From assembly GCA_963643355.1 (NCBI GenBank), contig CAVIJE010000001.1:128620-192619 (forward strand): a stretch of 64,000 nucleotides of DNA. The letters are read 5' to 3'. Shown here in pieces: positions 38,435-47,212 of the stretch. The stretch comes from Sodaliphilus sp. (GTDB lineage: Bacteria; Bacillota_I; Bacilli_A; RFN20; CAG-826). How positions within the stretch are numbered: the first letter of the stretch is position 1; every line of letters starts with the position of its first letter. Both the position numbers and the translations under genes were made by a program. The notes beneath the pieces are model-generated. The model was given only the letters and a program-made list of their open reading frames with translations, was not told the origin of the DNA and searched no databases.

Positions 38435-39088
38435 ATGGAAGCAAAGAGATTCTTTACCATCGACAAAGAAACGTTGAAAAGACCTGGCGTCATCCTCCGT
38501 CTTATAGCTATTGGCGTTTGCTTAATTGCTGTTATCCTTACTGTCGTTCTTCCAACCGTCACCATTCAATATAAATATTATTCATCTTCGTCTGAATTTG
38601 ATAATACTAGGGCTCTTCTTTTCCCAACCGAGACGATTTATGGGCCTAATGCCTTATTCGGCGGGGGATATTTTGCGATGTATTTCAAGAGCAATACTCT
38701 TAAAGGAGTTCACGTCCTTTCATCCGTTCAAGCCCAATTCAACTGGATTTTATTTGCTCTATTGCTTTGCATGTTCGCATTCATGATTCTTGCCGTATTT
38801 GTTACCTTTACAAGAAAACTTGAAAAATTCTCTAAATTGACAGTTTTAGGCTTTGCAATTGGCGGTTTTGCCGCAATAGCGTCACCTGTTTGGTTCATGG
38901 TTACGAATAATGTCGGAAACACATATGCGGTTGCAACAACCTCATTAACCAAATATTGGGTTTATGATTCCTTCTATTGCCATTGTGCTTGGGGAGCGAT
39001 TGTAGCCGCTTGCACCTTCATCCTTGCCGCTATCTTATTTGCGATTGGCAGTGGCTTAGAAAATAAAGGCGGAGAAAGAGGAAAATAA
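38435..39088 (+). CDS. polytopic membrane protein, unknown function
   Basis: 217 aa with about 4 TM segments and a GGAGGG SD. It starts 2 nt after the previous stop. Confidence 0.75.
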   Translation: MEAKRFFTIDKETLKRPGVILRLIAIGVCLIAVILTVVLPTVTIQYKYYSSSSEFDNTRALLFPTETIYGPNALFGGGYFAMYFKSNTLKGVHVLSSVQAQFNWILFALLLCMFAFMILAVFVTFTRKLEKFSKLTVLGFAIGGFAAIASPVWFMVTNNVGNTYAVATTSLTKYWVYDSFYCHCAWGAIVAACTFILAAILFAIGSGLENKGGERGK

Positions 39089-39090
39089 TT

Positions 39091-39915
39091 ATGAAAAAGA
39101 ATTTATTACTTGGCTTAGCCTCCTTAATGCTCTTATCCTCTTGCGGAATCAATTCTTTTGGGAAAGAGATTACCTCTATTGATGATTTCGTTACCATTAG
39201 CAAAGATTCAGATAGTAACTTTAACGTCGTTAAATCTAACCGTGTCTTTGTTAAATCCGACAAAGGAAGCGACACATCTTTATCTAGCGTCAACCATAAT
39301 GCGGAAATATATTCAAATAACGATTTTATTTGTGAAGAAAGCACGAGATACACCGGCTTTACAATAAAATATAACGTTGATACATATTTCCTTTTGGCTG
39401 GAGATAAGAATGGCGTTGTATCTGAAGATTCGACAATCTTAGACACCTACCGTCAACAAGCTTATGATTTCATTTCTAACGATTATCAAACAGTCCTAGA
39501 AGAATACGATAGAATGAAAGCTTTCGTTGGCAAGGGAAAAGCTGCTGATATCGATGGAGTTTCTTATACGGATATTTCATTAACCAAGGCCGATGCAAAC
39601 ACAACGCTTGGCTATACCCTAAAATACGCTTTTGCAAAAGATGGCGGAGTTCGTAACGAAGAGCATTATATAACTCTTGATAAGACCGACGATAAGTGGG
39701 GAATCGTATTCTACTCACAACGCATTACGGACGTTATCAACGGAGAGGAAATCTATTACGTAACTGAATATCAATTTTCTTGCCTTAACGATGAGTCTTT
39801 AGCGTCTAAGACCTTAAACGCGAAGAATAACTTAACTAGTTACACCTTTACGGCTTCTGGTTTAGGAAGCGATGATGTTGACCTTGATGGCGATATCGTT
39901 CTAACAAAGAAATAA
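39091..39915 (+). CDS. lipoprotein, unknown function
   Basis: 274 aa with lipobox LSSC. It starts 2 nt after the previous stop. Confidence 0.8.
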   Translation: MKKNLLLGLASLMLLSSCGINSFGKEITSIDDFVTISKDSDSNFNVVKSNRVFVKSDKGSDTSLSSVNHNAEIYSNNDFICEESTRYTGFTIKYNVDTYFLLAGDKNGVVSEDSTILDTYRQQAYDFISNDYQTVLEEYDRMKAFVGKGKAADIDGVSYTDISLTKADANTTLGYTLKYAFAKDGGVRNEEHYITLDKTDDKWGIVFYSQRITDVINGEEIYYVTEYQFSCLNDESLASKTLNAKNNLTSYTFTASGLGSDDVDLDGDIVLTKK

Positions 39916-39976
39916 AAAAGGCAATATTTTATTTCTTGCATGAATTACTTGCTTGTAGTAAGATACTTCATGCGCT

Positions 39977-40052
<76 letters not shown>

Positions 40053-40063
40053 AAGAAAAAACA

Positions 40064-40088
40064 AACTCCTAGAAATAGGAGTTTTTTC
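40064..40088 (+). terminator. rho-independent terminator after tRNA-Lys
   Basis: AACTCCT-AGAAAT-AGGAGTT followed by TTTTT. Confidence 0.8.
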
Positions 40089-40217
40089 TTATAAAATGTG
40101 ACTATTCAATTACGTCGTGCTACTTCATGGGTGGTTGTTTCCTTACTTGATGAAATAAGCGTCGTTCTCTAATAACTAATGACAATCTAACGTTTTATTG
40201 ATATAACTAACTTGCAA

Positions 40218-40661
40218 ATGGAAAATAAACCATCTATTTCTCGTCTTAGGAGAATCAAAGCAGTTTTAGAAAAGAAACAGAAGAAGTACGTTACTTTGGA
40301 TATGCTTTCGAAATATGTCGGATTATATTCAGATGTAATTGCTGAAGAACTTTTATATTTCGAACCAATGATAAAGATGGATACTTCCATAAATGTGATG
40401 GATATTCTCCCTTTAATAAATGAATACTTATCTTCTATAGACGAGCTAAACAAAATAAATAGAGAAAGCAAGCCTAAAAGACAAGCGGTTAGAAAAAAAG
40501 AACTTCTTGAATATAGCTCAATTGGTGATTTTGTATACCGTAAAATGGCCGGACCAGGCGGATTGATATCTCCATCAGCAGAATTAAATGATTATGATTT
40601 GCGTGTTTTAGAACTTTTAGTTAAAAAAGAAACTGCAGCTCGTAAAAAGAAAAAGAAATAA
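40218..40661 (+). CDS. hypothetical protein with a basic tail, possibly DNA-binding
   Basis: The ORF track starts at TTG 40212 and an ATG lies at 40218. 147 aa. The N-terminal part loosely resembles a Rex-N/winged-helix segment (weak) and the C-terminus is KKKKK. No SD. Confidence 0.55.
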   Translation: MENKPSISRLRRIKAVLEKKQKKYVTLDMLSKYVGLYSDVIAEELLYFEPMIKMDTSINVMDILPLINEYLSSIDELNKINRESKPKRQAVRKKELLEYSSIGDFVYRKMAGPGGLISPSAELNDYDLRVLELLVKKETAARKKKKK

Positions 40662-40689
40662 TCAATCCTGCCCCTAAAATAATTATGAA

Positions 40690-40767
40690 GTGCAGAAACT
40701 GCACTTTTTAATTTATCAAAGTGCAAATATTGCACCTTTCGTGTTTACTAAGTGCAAAAAGTATAAT
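40690..40767 (+). promoter_or_regulatory. phased GTGCA palindromes plus a -10 box upstream of the HTH-MntA gene
   Basis: GTGCAG-AAA-CTGCAC (40690-40704, followed by TTTTT, so it may also terminate the upstream gene), GTGCAA-ATA-TTGCAC (40721-40735), and a half-site GTGCAA (40752-40757) that abuts TATAAT (40762-40767). The three sites start exactly 31 nt apart. Confidence 0.55.
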
Positions 40768-40778
40768 AATATTTGTGT

Positions 40779-41261
40779 ATGGAAACAGCAAATACATTAA
40801 AAGAAATAAGGAAAAGGGGCAATATTACACAAAAAGAAGCGGCTATATTAACCGGCGTATCCCTTCGTACATATAAAGAATATGAAAATTCTTCTGAGAA
40901 ACGCGATTCTTTTAAATATAAAGCGATATTAAATATTCTTTCATCTTTGTATCAAATAGATGAGGAACATGGAATATTGAAAATTGATGAAATAAAAGAA
41001 ACGGTTACTAACATTCTAAACAAATATAACGTTAATTTTTGTTATTTATTTGGCTCATATGCCAAAGGCCATCCTACAGAAGCAAGCGATGTTGATTTAT
41101 TGATCGATTCGTCTTTAACGGGTTTAGATTTTTTTGGATTGATTGAGGAATTGCGCGAAACTCTCCACAAAAAAGTCGATTTATTGAATATGGATCAAAT
41201 AGTAAATAACAAAGATTTGCTAAAAGAAATTTTAAAAACGGGGATTAAAATATATGGGTAA
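40779..41261 (+). CDS. mntA: XRE-type HTH fused to a MntA-like nucleotidyltransferase (antitoxin)
   Basis: The ORF track starts at TTG 40773 and an ATG lies at 40779. The HTH is ITQKEAAILTGVSLRTYKEYEN. The minimal NTase motif is FGSYAKGHPTEASDVDLLID (GS..DxD). Confidence 0.85.
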   Translation: METANTLKEIRKRGNITQKEAAILTGVSLRTYKEYENSSEKRDSFKYKAILNILSSLYQIDEEHGILKIDEIKETVTNILNKYNVNFCYLFGSYAKGHPTEASDVDLLIDSSLTGLDFFGLIEELRETLHKKVDLLNMDQIVNNKDLLKEILKTGIKIYG

Positions 41262-41589
41262 GAAGAATGACACATATTTCATTTCGAAAATATTAGAAGA
41301 AATTAATTTCATTGGCGAAAATCTTTGTAATCTTAGTTATGAACAATTTAAGAGTAATGTCTTTTTGAGCGATTCGGTTTGCTTTAGGTTTATACAAATT
41401 TCTGAACTTTCCGAACGATTGTCGACTGAATTTATGCAAATTCATGGTGAGATACCCTGGCACAAAATGTTTGGTTTAAGAAATAGAATCGTTCACGATT
41501 ATGGGAATGTGGATCTGAACACCGTATATTTCACCGCAAAAAATGATCTCCCTCTTCTTTCTAAGAAATTAGAGGAAATTCTAGACTAA
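41254..41589 (+). CDS. hepT: HepT-like HEPN (DUF86) toxin
   Basis: 111 aa, overlapping mntA by 8 nt. The HEPN motif RNRIVHDY (Rx4H) is present. Confidence 0.85.
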   Translation: MGKKNDTYFISKILEEINFIGENLCNLSYEQFKSNVFLSDSVCFRFIQISELSERLSTEFMQIHGEIPWHKMFGLRNRIVHDYGNVDLNTVYFTAKNDLPLLSKKLEEILD

Positions 41590-41825
41590 TATGAACTCGT
41601 TTCATTGTTTCAATCGAAAAAAATTTTAAAAGTCTATATATACTAACTCATTAACTAAAATTTGACTTCGTAATAAAGACAATTGTCTTGTATCCTTAAA
41701 GAAAAATCCCATCAAATCAAGTCTTTTAAGATCTAAAATGGCATATTCAAAATTTAATATTTTTATTTTTATCGTTAGACAAAACTAACGTCAATTTTAA
41801 ACTGATTTATTTGAAAATCTTTCTT

Positions 41826-41854
41826 TTGAGAAAGAGATTTTAAAGTCTTATACT
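41826..41854 (+). promoter_or_regulatory. putative promoter of the PFOR gene
   Basis: TTGAGA, 17 nt, TATACT. The -35 box lies inside the palindrome TCTTTCT-TTTG-AGAAAGA (41818-41835). Confidence 0.5.
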
Positions 41855-41884
41855 TTAACTGTATTTAAGGAGATATTTTTCTAA

Positions 41885-44800
41885 ATGTCTGAAATTAAAA
41901 AAACTTTTAAATCGGTTGATGGCAACACTGCTGCCTCAATCGAAAGCTACTATTTCACAGAAGTAGCGGCTATTTATCCTATTACTCCATCTTCGCCAAT
42001 GGCTGAAAACGTCGATGTCATGGCATCAAAGGGGGAAAAGAATTTCTTTGGCCAACCAGTCAAGGTTGTTGAGATGCAATCTGAAGCTGGTGCATCTGGC
42101 GCAGTACACGGCGCTTTGCAAGGCGGAGCCTTAGCAACGACTTATACCGCTTCCCAAGGCTTGCTCTTAATGATTCCAAACCTCTATAAGTGGTGTGGCG
42201 AACTCTTACCAGCCGTCTTACACGTTTCCGCTCGTTCCTTAGCAACTCGTGCCCTTTCCATTTTCGGTGATCAGGCTGATATTTATGCTTGCCGTCAAAC
42301 TGGCGTTACGATGATTTGCTCTGGCTCAGTTCAAGAAATTGCTGATTTAGCTCCAATCGCTCACTTAGTGGCAATTGATGCATCAACTCCAGTCATGCAT
42401 TTCTTTGATGGCTTCCGTACTTCCCACGAAGTTCAAAACGTTGAATTCGTTGATAAAGAAGAATGGAAGAAACTTCTTCCTATGGATAAGGTCGAAGCAT
42501 TCCGTGCTCGTGCCCTAAATCCACACACTCATCCAGTAACACGTGGCGGAGCAGAAAATGATGATATCTACTTCCAAGCTCGTGAAGCCCAAAATTCTCA
42601 CTGGGATAACATTCTTCCTGTCGCTGAGAAATATTTTGCTGAAGCAACCCGCTTAACTGGCAGAGAATATGCCCCATTTGTCTATTATGGTGATCCAAAT
42701 GCTGACCGCGTTATCATCGCTATGGGTTCAGTTACTGAAACAGCAAGCGAAGTCGTTGATGCATTAAATGCTTCTGGAGAACACGTTGGTGTTGTTAAAG
42801 TTCATCTTTACCGTCCATTCTCCGCTGAGCTTCTTTCTAAAGCAATCCCTGCTTCCGTTAAGAAGATCGCCGTTCTTGATAGAACGAAAGAAAATGGTTC
42901 TGAAGGAGAACCTCTCTATCTCGATGTCGTTTCCGCAATGTTCAAACTTAACCGTCATTTCGAAACGATCATTGGTGGACGTTATGGCCTTTCTAGCAAA
43001 GATACTCAACCAAAAGATGTTAAGTCAGTCTTTGATTTCCTCAATGCCGAAAAGAATTGGACAGGATTCACCGTTGGTATTACTGATGATGTCACTCATC
43101 TTTCAATCCCAGTCGATCATTCCTTTAAGATTCCTGCCTACTATACTTCTTGCTTATTCTATGGCTTAGGAAGTGATGGAACAGTTTCCGCTAATAAATC
43201 TTCTATTAAGATTATCGGCGATGCCACTGGACAATACGCTCAAGCTTATTTCCAATACGACTCCCGTAAATCTGGCGGAACAACACGTTCCCACTTACGT
43301 TTTGGTAAGAAACCAATCCGTTCTGAATATTATGTCAAGAATGCTGATTTCATTTCTTGCTCTCTTGATACATATATCTTGAAATATGACATCATCGCTA
43401 ATCTCAAGGATGGCGGAACATTCCTCCTTAATACGAATATGAGCGATGAAGAACTTGCAAAAGCAATGCCTAACCGCATGAAACATCTCTTAGCCGAGAA
43501 ACACGTCAAGTTCTATGCCATCGATGCTAATAAACTTGCTGAAGAATGCCATATGGGACGTCATACAAATACGACCCTTCAAGCCGCTTTCTTCAAATTA
43601 AATCCACAAATCATGCCATATGAACAAGCAGAAGAATGGATGAAGAAGTTTGTTAAGAAGACATACGAAAGAAAAGGCATGGACATCGTTCAAAATAACT
43701 ACGATGCCATCGACGCAGGCCCAGCAGGTCTTCGCGAAGTTAGGATCGATCCAAAATGGATTGAACTCCCAACAAACAAAGTCTTAGAAGATACTGGCGA
43801 TACATATTATGACGAATATGTTGGAACAATCGATCGTCTTGATGGCGATGAACTCCCAACATCCGAATTCCTCAAATACGAATTAGCCGATGGCACTATG
43901 GAAGAAAATATCGTCTTCCGTCAAAAGAGAGCTATCGCAGACCGTGTCCCTGTTTGGAATCCTACCTATTGTATTGAATGTAACCAATGTGCCTTCGTTT
44001 GCCCTCACGCAACAATCCGCCCATATCTCTTAAATGAAGAAGAACTTGCCAAAGCTCCTTCAATCGTTAAAGATTCAGTTAAACCAGTTACTGGCTCACC
44101 AAAAGCAGCAAATCTTAAATACCGTATTAGTGTTGCAACTGAAAACTGCGTTGGATGTGGACTTTGTGTCTCCGAATGTATGGCTAACCAAAGCGCTAAG
44201 AAACTCGGCAATGACCACTATGCTCTCCTTATGAAGGATGCTAAAGCGGAATTTGGCGAGCAAGTTGCTGCTGATTATTGCTATTACAATGTCTCTAATA
44301 AGACAGATATCTTCCCACTTACAACGGTTAAAGGCGTTGGATTCCTCCGCCCATATATGGAAGTTTCTGGCGCATGTGCTGGTTGTGGAGAAGCCCCATA
44401 TTATCGCTTACTCTCACAATTATTCGGTCATGACTTATTAATTGCTAATGCCACTGGTTGTTCTTCAATCTATTGCGGATCAACCCCACTTACCCCATTT
44501 GTCAAAGATAAGAATGGCGAAGGTGTTGCATGGGCTAACTCCTTATTCGAAGATAATGCCGAATATGGCTTTGGCATGAGAATTGCCAATGACTATAAGA
44601 TGTCAGTCATTACCCGTATTGTTTCTAAGGCTATTGCTGATGAAACAGTCGAAGCTAGCTTAAAAGATGCTGCAAGCAAATATCTTGAAGCACTTTCTAA
44701 GAAAGACAGAGAAGCAGAACGCGCAATTGTTCCAACTCTCATTAAAGAAGTTGATTCTTCCAAGAATGAAGACGTCAAAGAACTCAAGAATTACTATCGT

Positions 44801-45463
44801 GATCTTATCGAGAAATCGGTTTGGATCATCGGTGGCGATGGCTGGTCTTATGATATCGGCTATGGCGGACTTGATCATGTCCTTGCTAATGAAGCAGACG
44901 TTAACGTCCTTGTTCTTGATACAGAAGTCTATTCCAACACTGGCGGACAAGCTTCTAAATCTTCACAAACCGGTTCCATCAATAAATTCACCGCTTCCGG
45001 TAAGAAAGAAGCCAAGAAGAACCTTGCTTTAATGGCAATGTCTTATGGACACGTCTATGTTGCACAAATCGCTTTAGGCGCAAACCCAATGAAAGCAATC
45101 CAAGCTCTCAAAGAGGCGGAATCTTATAATGGCCCATCCCTTGTTATTTGCTATTGCCCATGCTTAGAGCAACATATCAAAGGCGGACTCGTTAATTCCA
45201 TATCCGAAGAAAAGAAAGCTGTTGAATGTGGTTACTTCAATTGCTTCAGATATGACCCAAGACTTGTTGCAGCAGGAAAATCCGGCTTAACAATCGATTC
45301 TAAAGAAGAACCTGATTGGAGCAAGTTCAGAGACTTCTTAATGTTAGAAACAAGATTCTCTCAACTTCCTATTATCAACCCAGAACATTCTGAAGAACTT
45401 CTTACTAAGTGCGAGAAGTACGCTAAAGATCGTTGGGAAGCAATCAAGAAATTTGGAAAATAA
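41885..45463 (+). CDS. nifJ: pyruvate:ferredoxin (flavodoxin) oxidoreductase
   Basis: 1192-aa single-chain PFOR with two ferredoxin-type cluster motifs (CIECNQCAFVCPH, CVGCGLCVSEC), the TPP region GGDGWSYDIGYGGLDH and a GGAG SD. Confidence 0.97.
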   Translation: MSEIKKTFKSVDGNTAASIESYYFTEVAAIYPITPSSPMAENVDVMASKGEKNFFGQPVKVVEMQSEAGASGAVHGALQGGALATTYTASQGLLLMIPNLYKWCGELLPAVLHVSARSLATRALSIFGDQADIYACRQTGVTMICSGSVQEIADLAPIAHLVAIDASTPVMHFFDGFRTSHEVQNVEFVDKEEWKKLLPMDKVEAFRARALNPHTHPVTRGGAENDDIYFQAREAQNSHWDNILPVAEKYFAEATRLTGREYAPFVYYGDPNADRVIIAMGSVTETASEVVDALNASGEHVGVVKVHLYRPFSAELLSKAIPASVKKIAVLDRTKENGSEGEPLYLDVVSAMFKLNRHFETIIGGRYGLSSKDTQPKDVKSVFDFLNAEKNWTGFTVGITDDVTHLSIPVDHSFKIPAYYTSCLFYGLGSDGTVSANKSSIKIIGDATGQYAQAYFQYDSRKSGGTTRSHLRFGKKPIRSEYYVKNADFISCSLDTYILKYDIIANLKDGGTFLLNTNMSDEELAKAMPNRMKHLLAEKHVKFYAIDANKLAEECHMGRHTNTTLQAAFFKLNPQIMPYEQAEEWMKKFVKKTYERKGMDIVQNNYDAIDAGPAGLREVRIDPKWIELPTNKVLEDTGDTYYDEYVGTIDRLDGDELPTSEFLKYELADGTMEENIVFRQKRAIADRVPVWNPTYCIECNQCAFVCPHATIRPYLLNEEELAKAPSIVKDSVKPVTGSPKAANLKYRISVATENCVGCGLCVSECMANQSAKKLGNDHYALLMKDAKAEFGEQVAADYCYYNVSNKTDIFPLTTVKGVGFLRPYMEVSGACAGCGEAPYYRLLSQLFGHDLLIANATGCSSIYCGSTPLTPFVKDKNGEGVAWANSLFEDNAEYGFGMRIANDYKMSVITRIVSKAIADETVEASLKDAASKYLEALSKKDREAERAIVPTLIKEVDSSKNEDVKELKNYYRDLIEKSVWIIGGDGWSYDIGYGGLDHVLANEADVNVLVLDTEVYSNTGGQASKSSQTGSINKFTASGKKEAKKNLALMAMSYGHVYVAQIALGANPMKAIQALKEAESYNGPSLVICYCPCLEQHIKGGLVNSISEEKKAVECGYFNCFRYDPRLVAAGKSGLTIDSKEEPDWSKFRDFLMLETRFSQLPIINPEHSEELLTKCEKYAKDRWEAIKKFGK

Positions 45464-45475
45464 CAACAACTAAAA

Positions 45476-45505
45476 AGAGGATCCTATCAACCGATGGGAT
45501 CCTTT
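45476..45505. terminator. bidirectional terminator between nifJ and the convergent pseudouridine synthase gene
   Basis: AGGATCC-(12 nt)-GGATCCT, flanked by an A run upstream and a T run downstream. Confidence 0.6.
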
Positions 45506-45509
45506 TCTT

Positions 45510-46163
45510 TTACTCTTTATCGATTAGCCAAAGAGGGTTAGTAAAGAACTCTTTTTGCTTGATAGAAGAAGAGGAGGGAAAAACTAATTTATAAGCGTTT
45601 AGATACATCCTTTTTGCAGAGGTTTCAGAATATTTATTGTCTCCTAAAAGATGATAGCCTAGCGATGATATGGCCATTCTTATTTGAGCACGTCTTCCTG
45701 TTTCGATTGAAATATCAAGGACTGTACCTATTTGAATTTGATTTTTGCTCGTTAGGTGAGTGATTGCTTCCTTGCCATTTTCCTCATTCGATACAAAAAC
45801 TTTACCGCCTTTATCATTACTTGCTAAGTATTGATTGACGTCATAATGAAGATTTGGCTCGATTCTTTCTTCTATTACCGCTTCATATAATCTAATGACT
45901 TGTCTATTTTCAAAATATGATTGAAGTTCCTCTTTCAAAGAAGAAGATTTTGCAAACACCATCACCCCAGAAGTTTCATAATCTAAACGATGAACAATAA
46001 AGGGTCTTTCGCCTTTCTTTTTAAGATATTCATATAAATAATGATATAAGTTATGGGCATACGTTTTCTTGTCGTTTGTGCGGATGCTGAAAACGTCTCT
46101 TTCCTTATATACGACTATTATTTCATCATCCTCATATATTATTTGGTAAGGCGCTTTTTTCAT
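45510..46163 (-). CDS. RluA-family pseudouridine synthase
   Basis: 217 aa with the catalytic-Asp motif HRLDYETSGVMVFAK. It has no S4 domain. Confidence 0.88.
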   Translation of the reverse strand: MKKAPYQIIYEDDEIIVVYKERDVFSIRTNDKKTYAHNLYHYLYEYLKKKGERPFIVHRLDYETSGVMVFAKSSSLKEELQSYFENRQVIRLYEAVIEERIEPNLHYDVNQYLASNDKGGKVFVSNEENGKEAITHLTSKNQIQIGTVLDISIETGRRAQIRMAISSLGYHLLGDNKYSETSAKRMYLNAYKLVFPSSSSIKQKEFFTNPLWLIDKE

Positions 46164-46445
46164 GTGATTATTATAGAATGACTTTAAAATTTTACAATTG
46201 GTTAAAAAGCAACAATTGTATCTATATTTTTGGTGTAATTGTAAAGATTTCTCTAAAAAATTTAGGCAAAAATAAGAAAATAATGCCTGACATTGTATTA
46301 TTTAGAACTAATATGAATTTGTTATTAATAACAAAGGGGATGTTAACAACGTTCATTAAATAGCAAAATTCTTTTAATTGCATTGTTATGATTATAACGT
46401 TTTGTTATTTGTAGAATGCCTAAGTCTGCTTTGCACCCTTATTAA

Positions 46446-47212
46446 ATGCAAGGCAATAAATCATTAGACTTATGTTTCTATGGAGGATTTATGTTAAGTA
46501 TTATAATGACAGCGTTTTTGTCATTTACGATTGTGAATGGTAGTGATGCTATTGGAGATGATCCGTATGTGACATCAACAGCATCATTAGGCCAAACAGA
46601 TACAATTTTAGGCGGGAATGGAACTGGTAGCTCATCGTATTCACCGACTACAATTCCCCACAGGTCGGTTTGAGGTAAGCTCTTGGCGCGAAGGATTGAT
46701 AGGGAGGCATCAAATGTCTTCGATTGATTCTTACGAGTAGGTTGGATTGACATCGATTAAGTTGCTTACAGATTGGCACAATGGAAACGTCATTGAAGAT
46801 TGTTCTTTTACAAGAGAAGTTGAAACCATAACCACTAGTTCCGTATCGACATCTATAAGTTTAGGATTCGAGTGGTCTGTGGCTATTTCACAAAAAGTTA
46901 ATATTGACGGACTTGAGGTTGGCGAGGAAATGGGGCCAGCGGTTAAGTTTACCATAGGAAAAACAACAACATACACATACACGCAACCGGAGAAAATGAC
47001 TGTTAATGCAAAAATAAAACAAGAATATATAGAAGGAAAAACGTTTGCTTTGTGCACTGCCGTTTATTAAGTTAAAATGCCAAAAATGGCAATATGATGA
47101 TTATTGGTGGGGCGATTATGAAGTAAGCAACAGCAGATCTGAATATGAGGCTTATATAATAATGAAACCCACGATAACGATTATTTATGATAATGGAGAG
47201 ATAGTAAAATGA
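46446..47212 (+). pseudogene. fragmented gene for a secreted beta-rich protein, possibly aerolysin/ETX-MTX2-like
   Basis: The coding signal runs through three frames. Frame 0 spans 46446/46491..46673 and carries a hydrophobic leader. Frame 1 starts at ATG 46705 with a GGGAGG SD, hits an in-frame TAG at 46738 and reopens to 47070. Frame 2 spans 47033..47212 and ends in an ATGA overlap with the next gene. The Ser/Thr-rich alternating stretch ETITTSSVSTSISLGFEWSVAISQ..TIGKTTTYTYT prompts the beta-pore-former idea (weak). Confidence 0.45.

Noticed and set aside
46178-46363. 61-aa ORF between the pseudouridine synthase gene and the decayed gene pair.
   Set aside because: It is AT-rich and Lys/Ile/Asn-rich with low complexity, has no SD, and lies in what is more plausibly a divergent promoter region.
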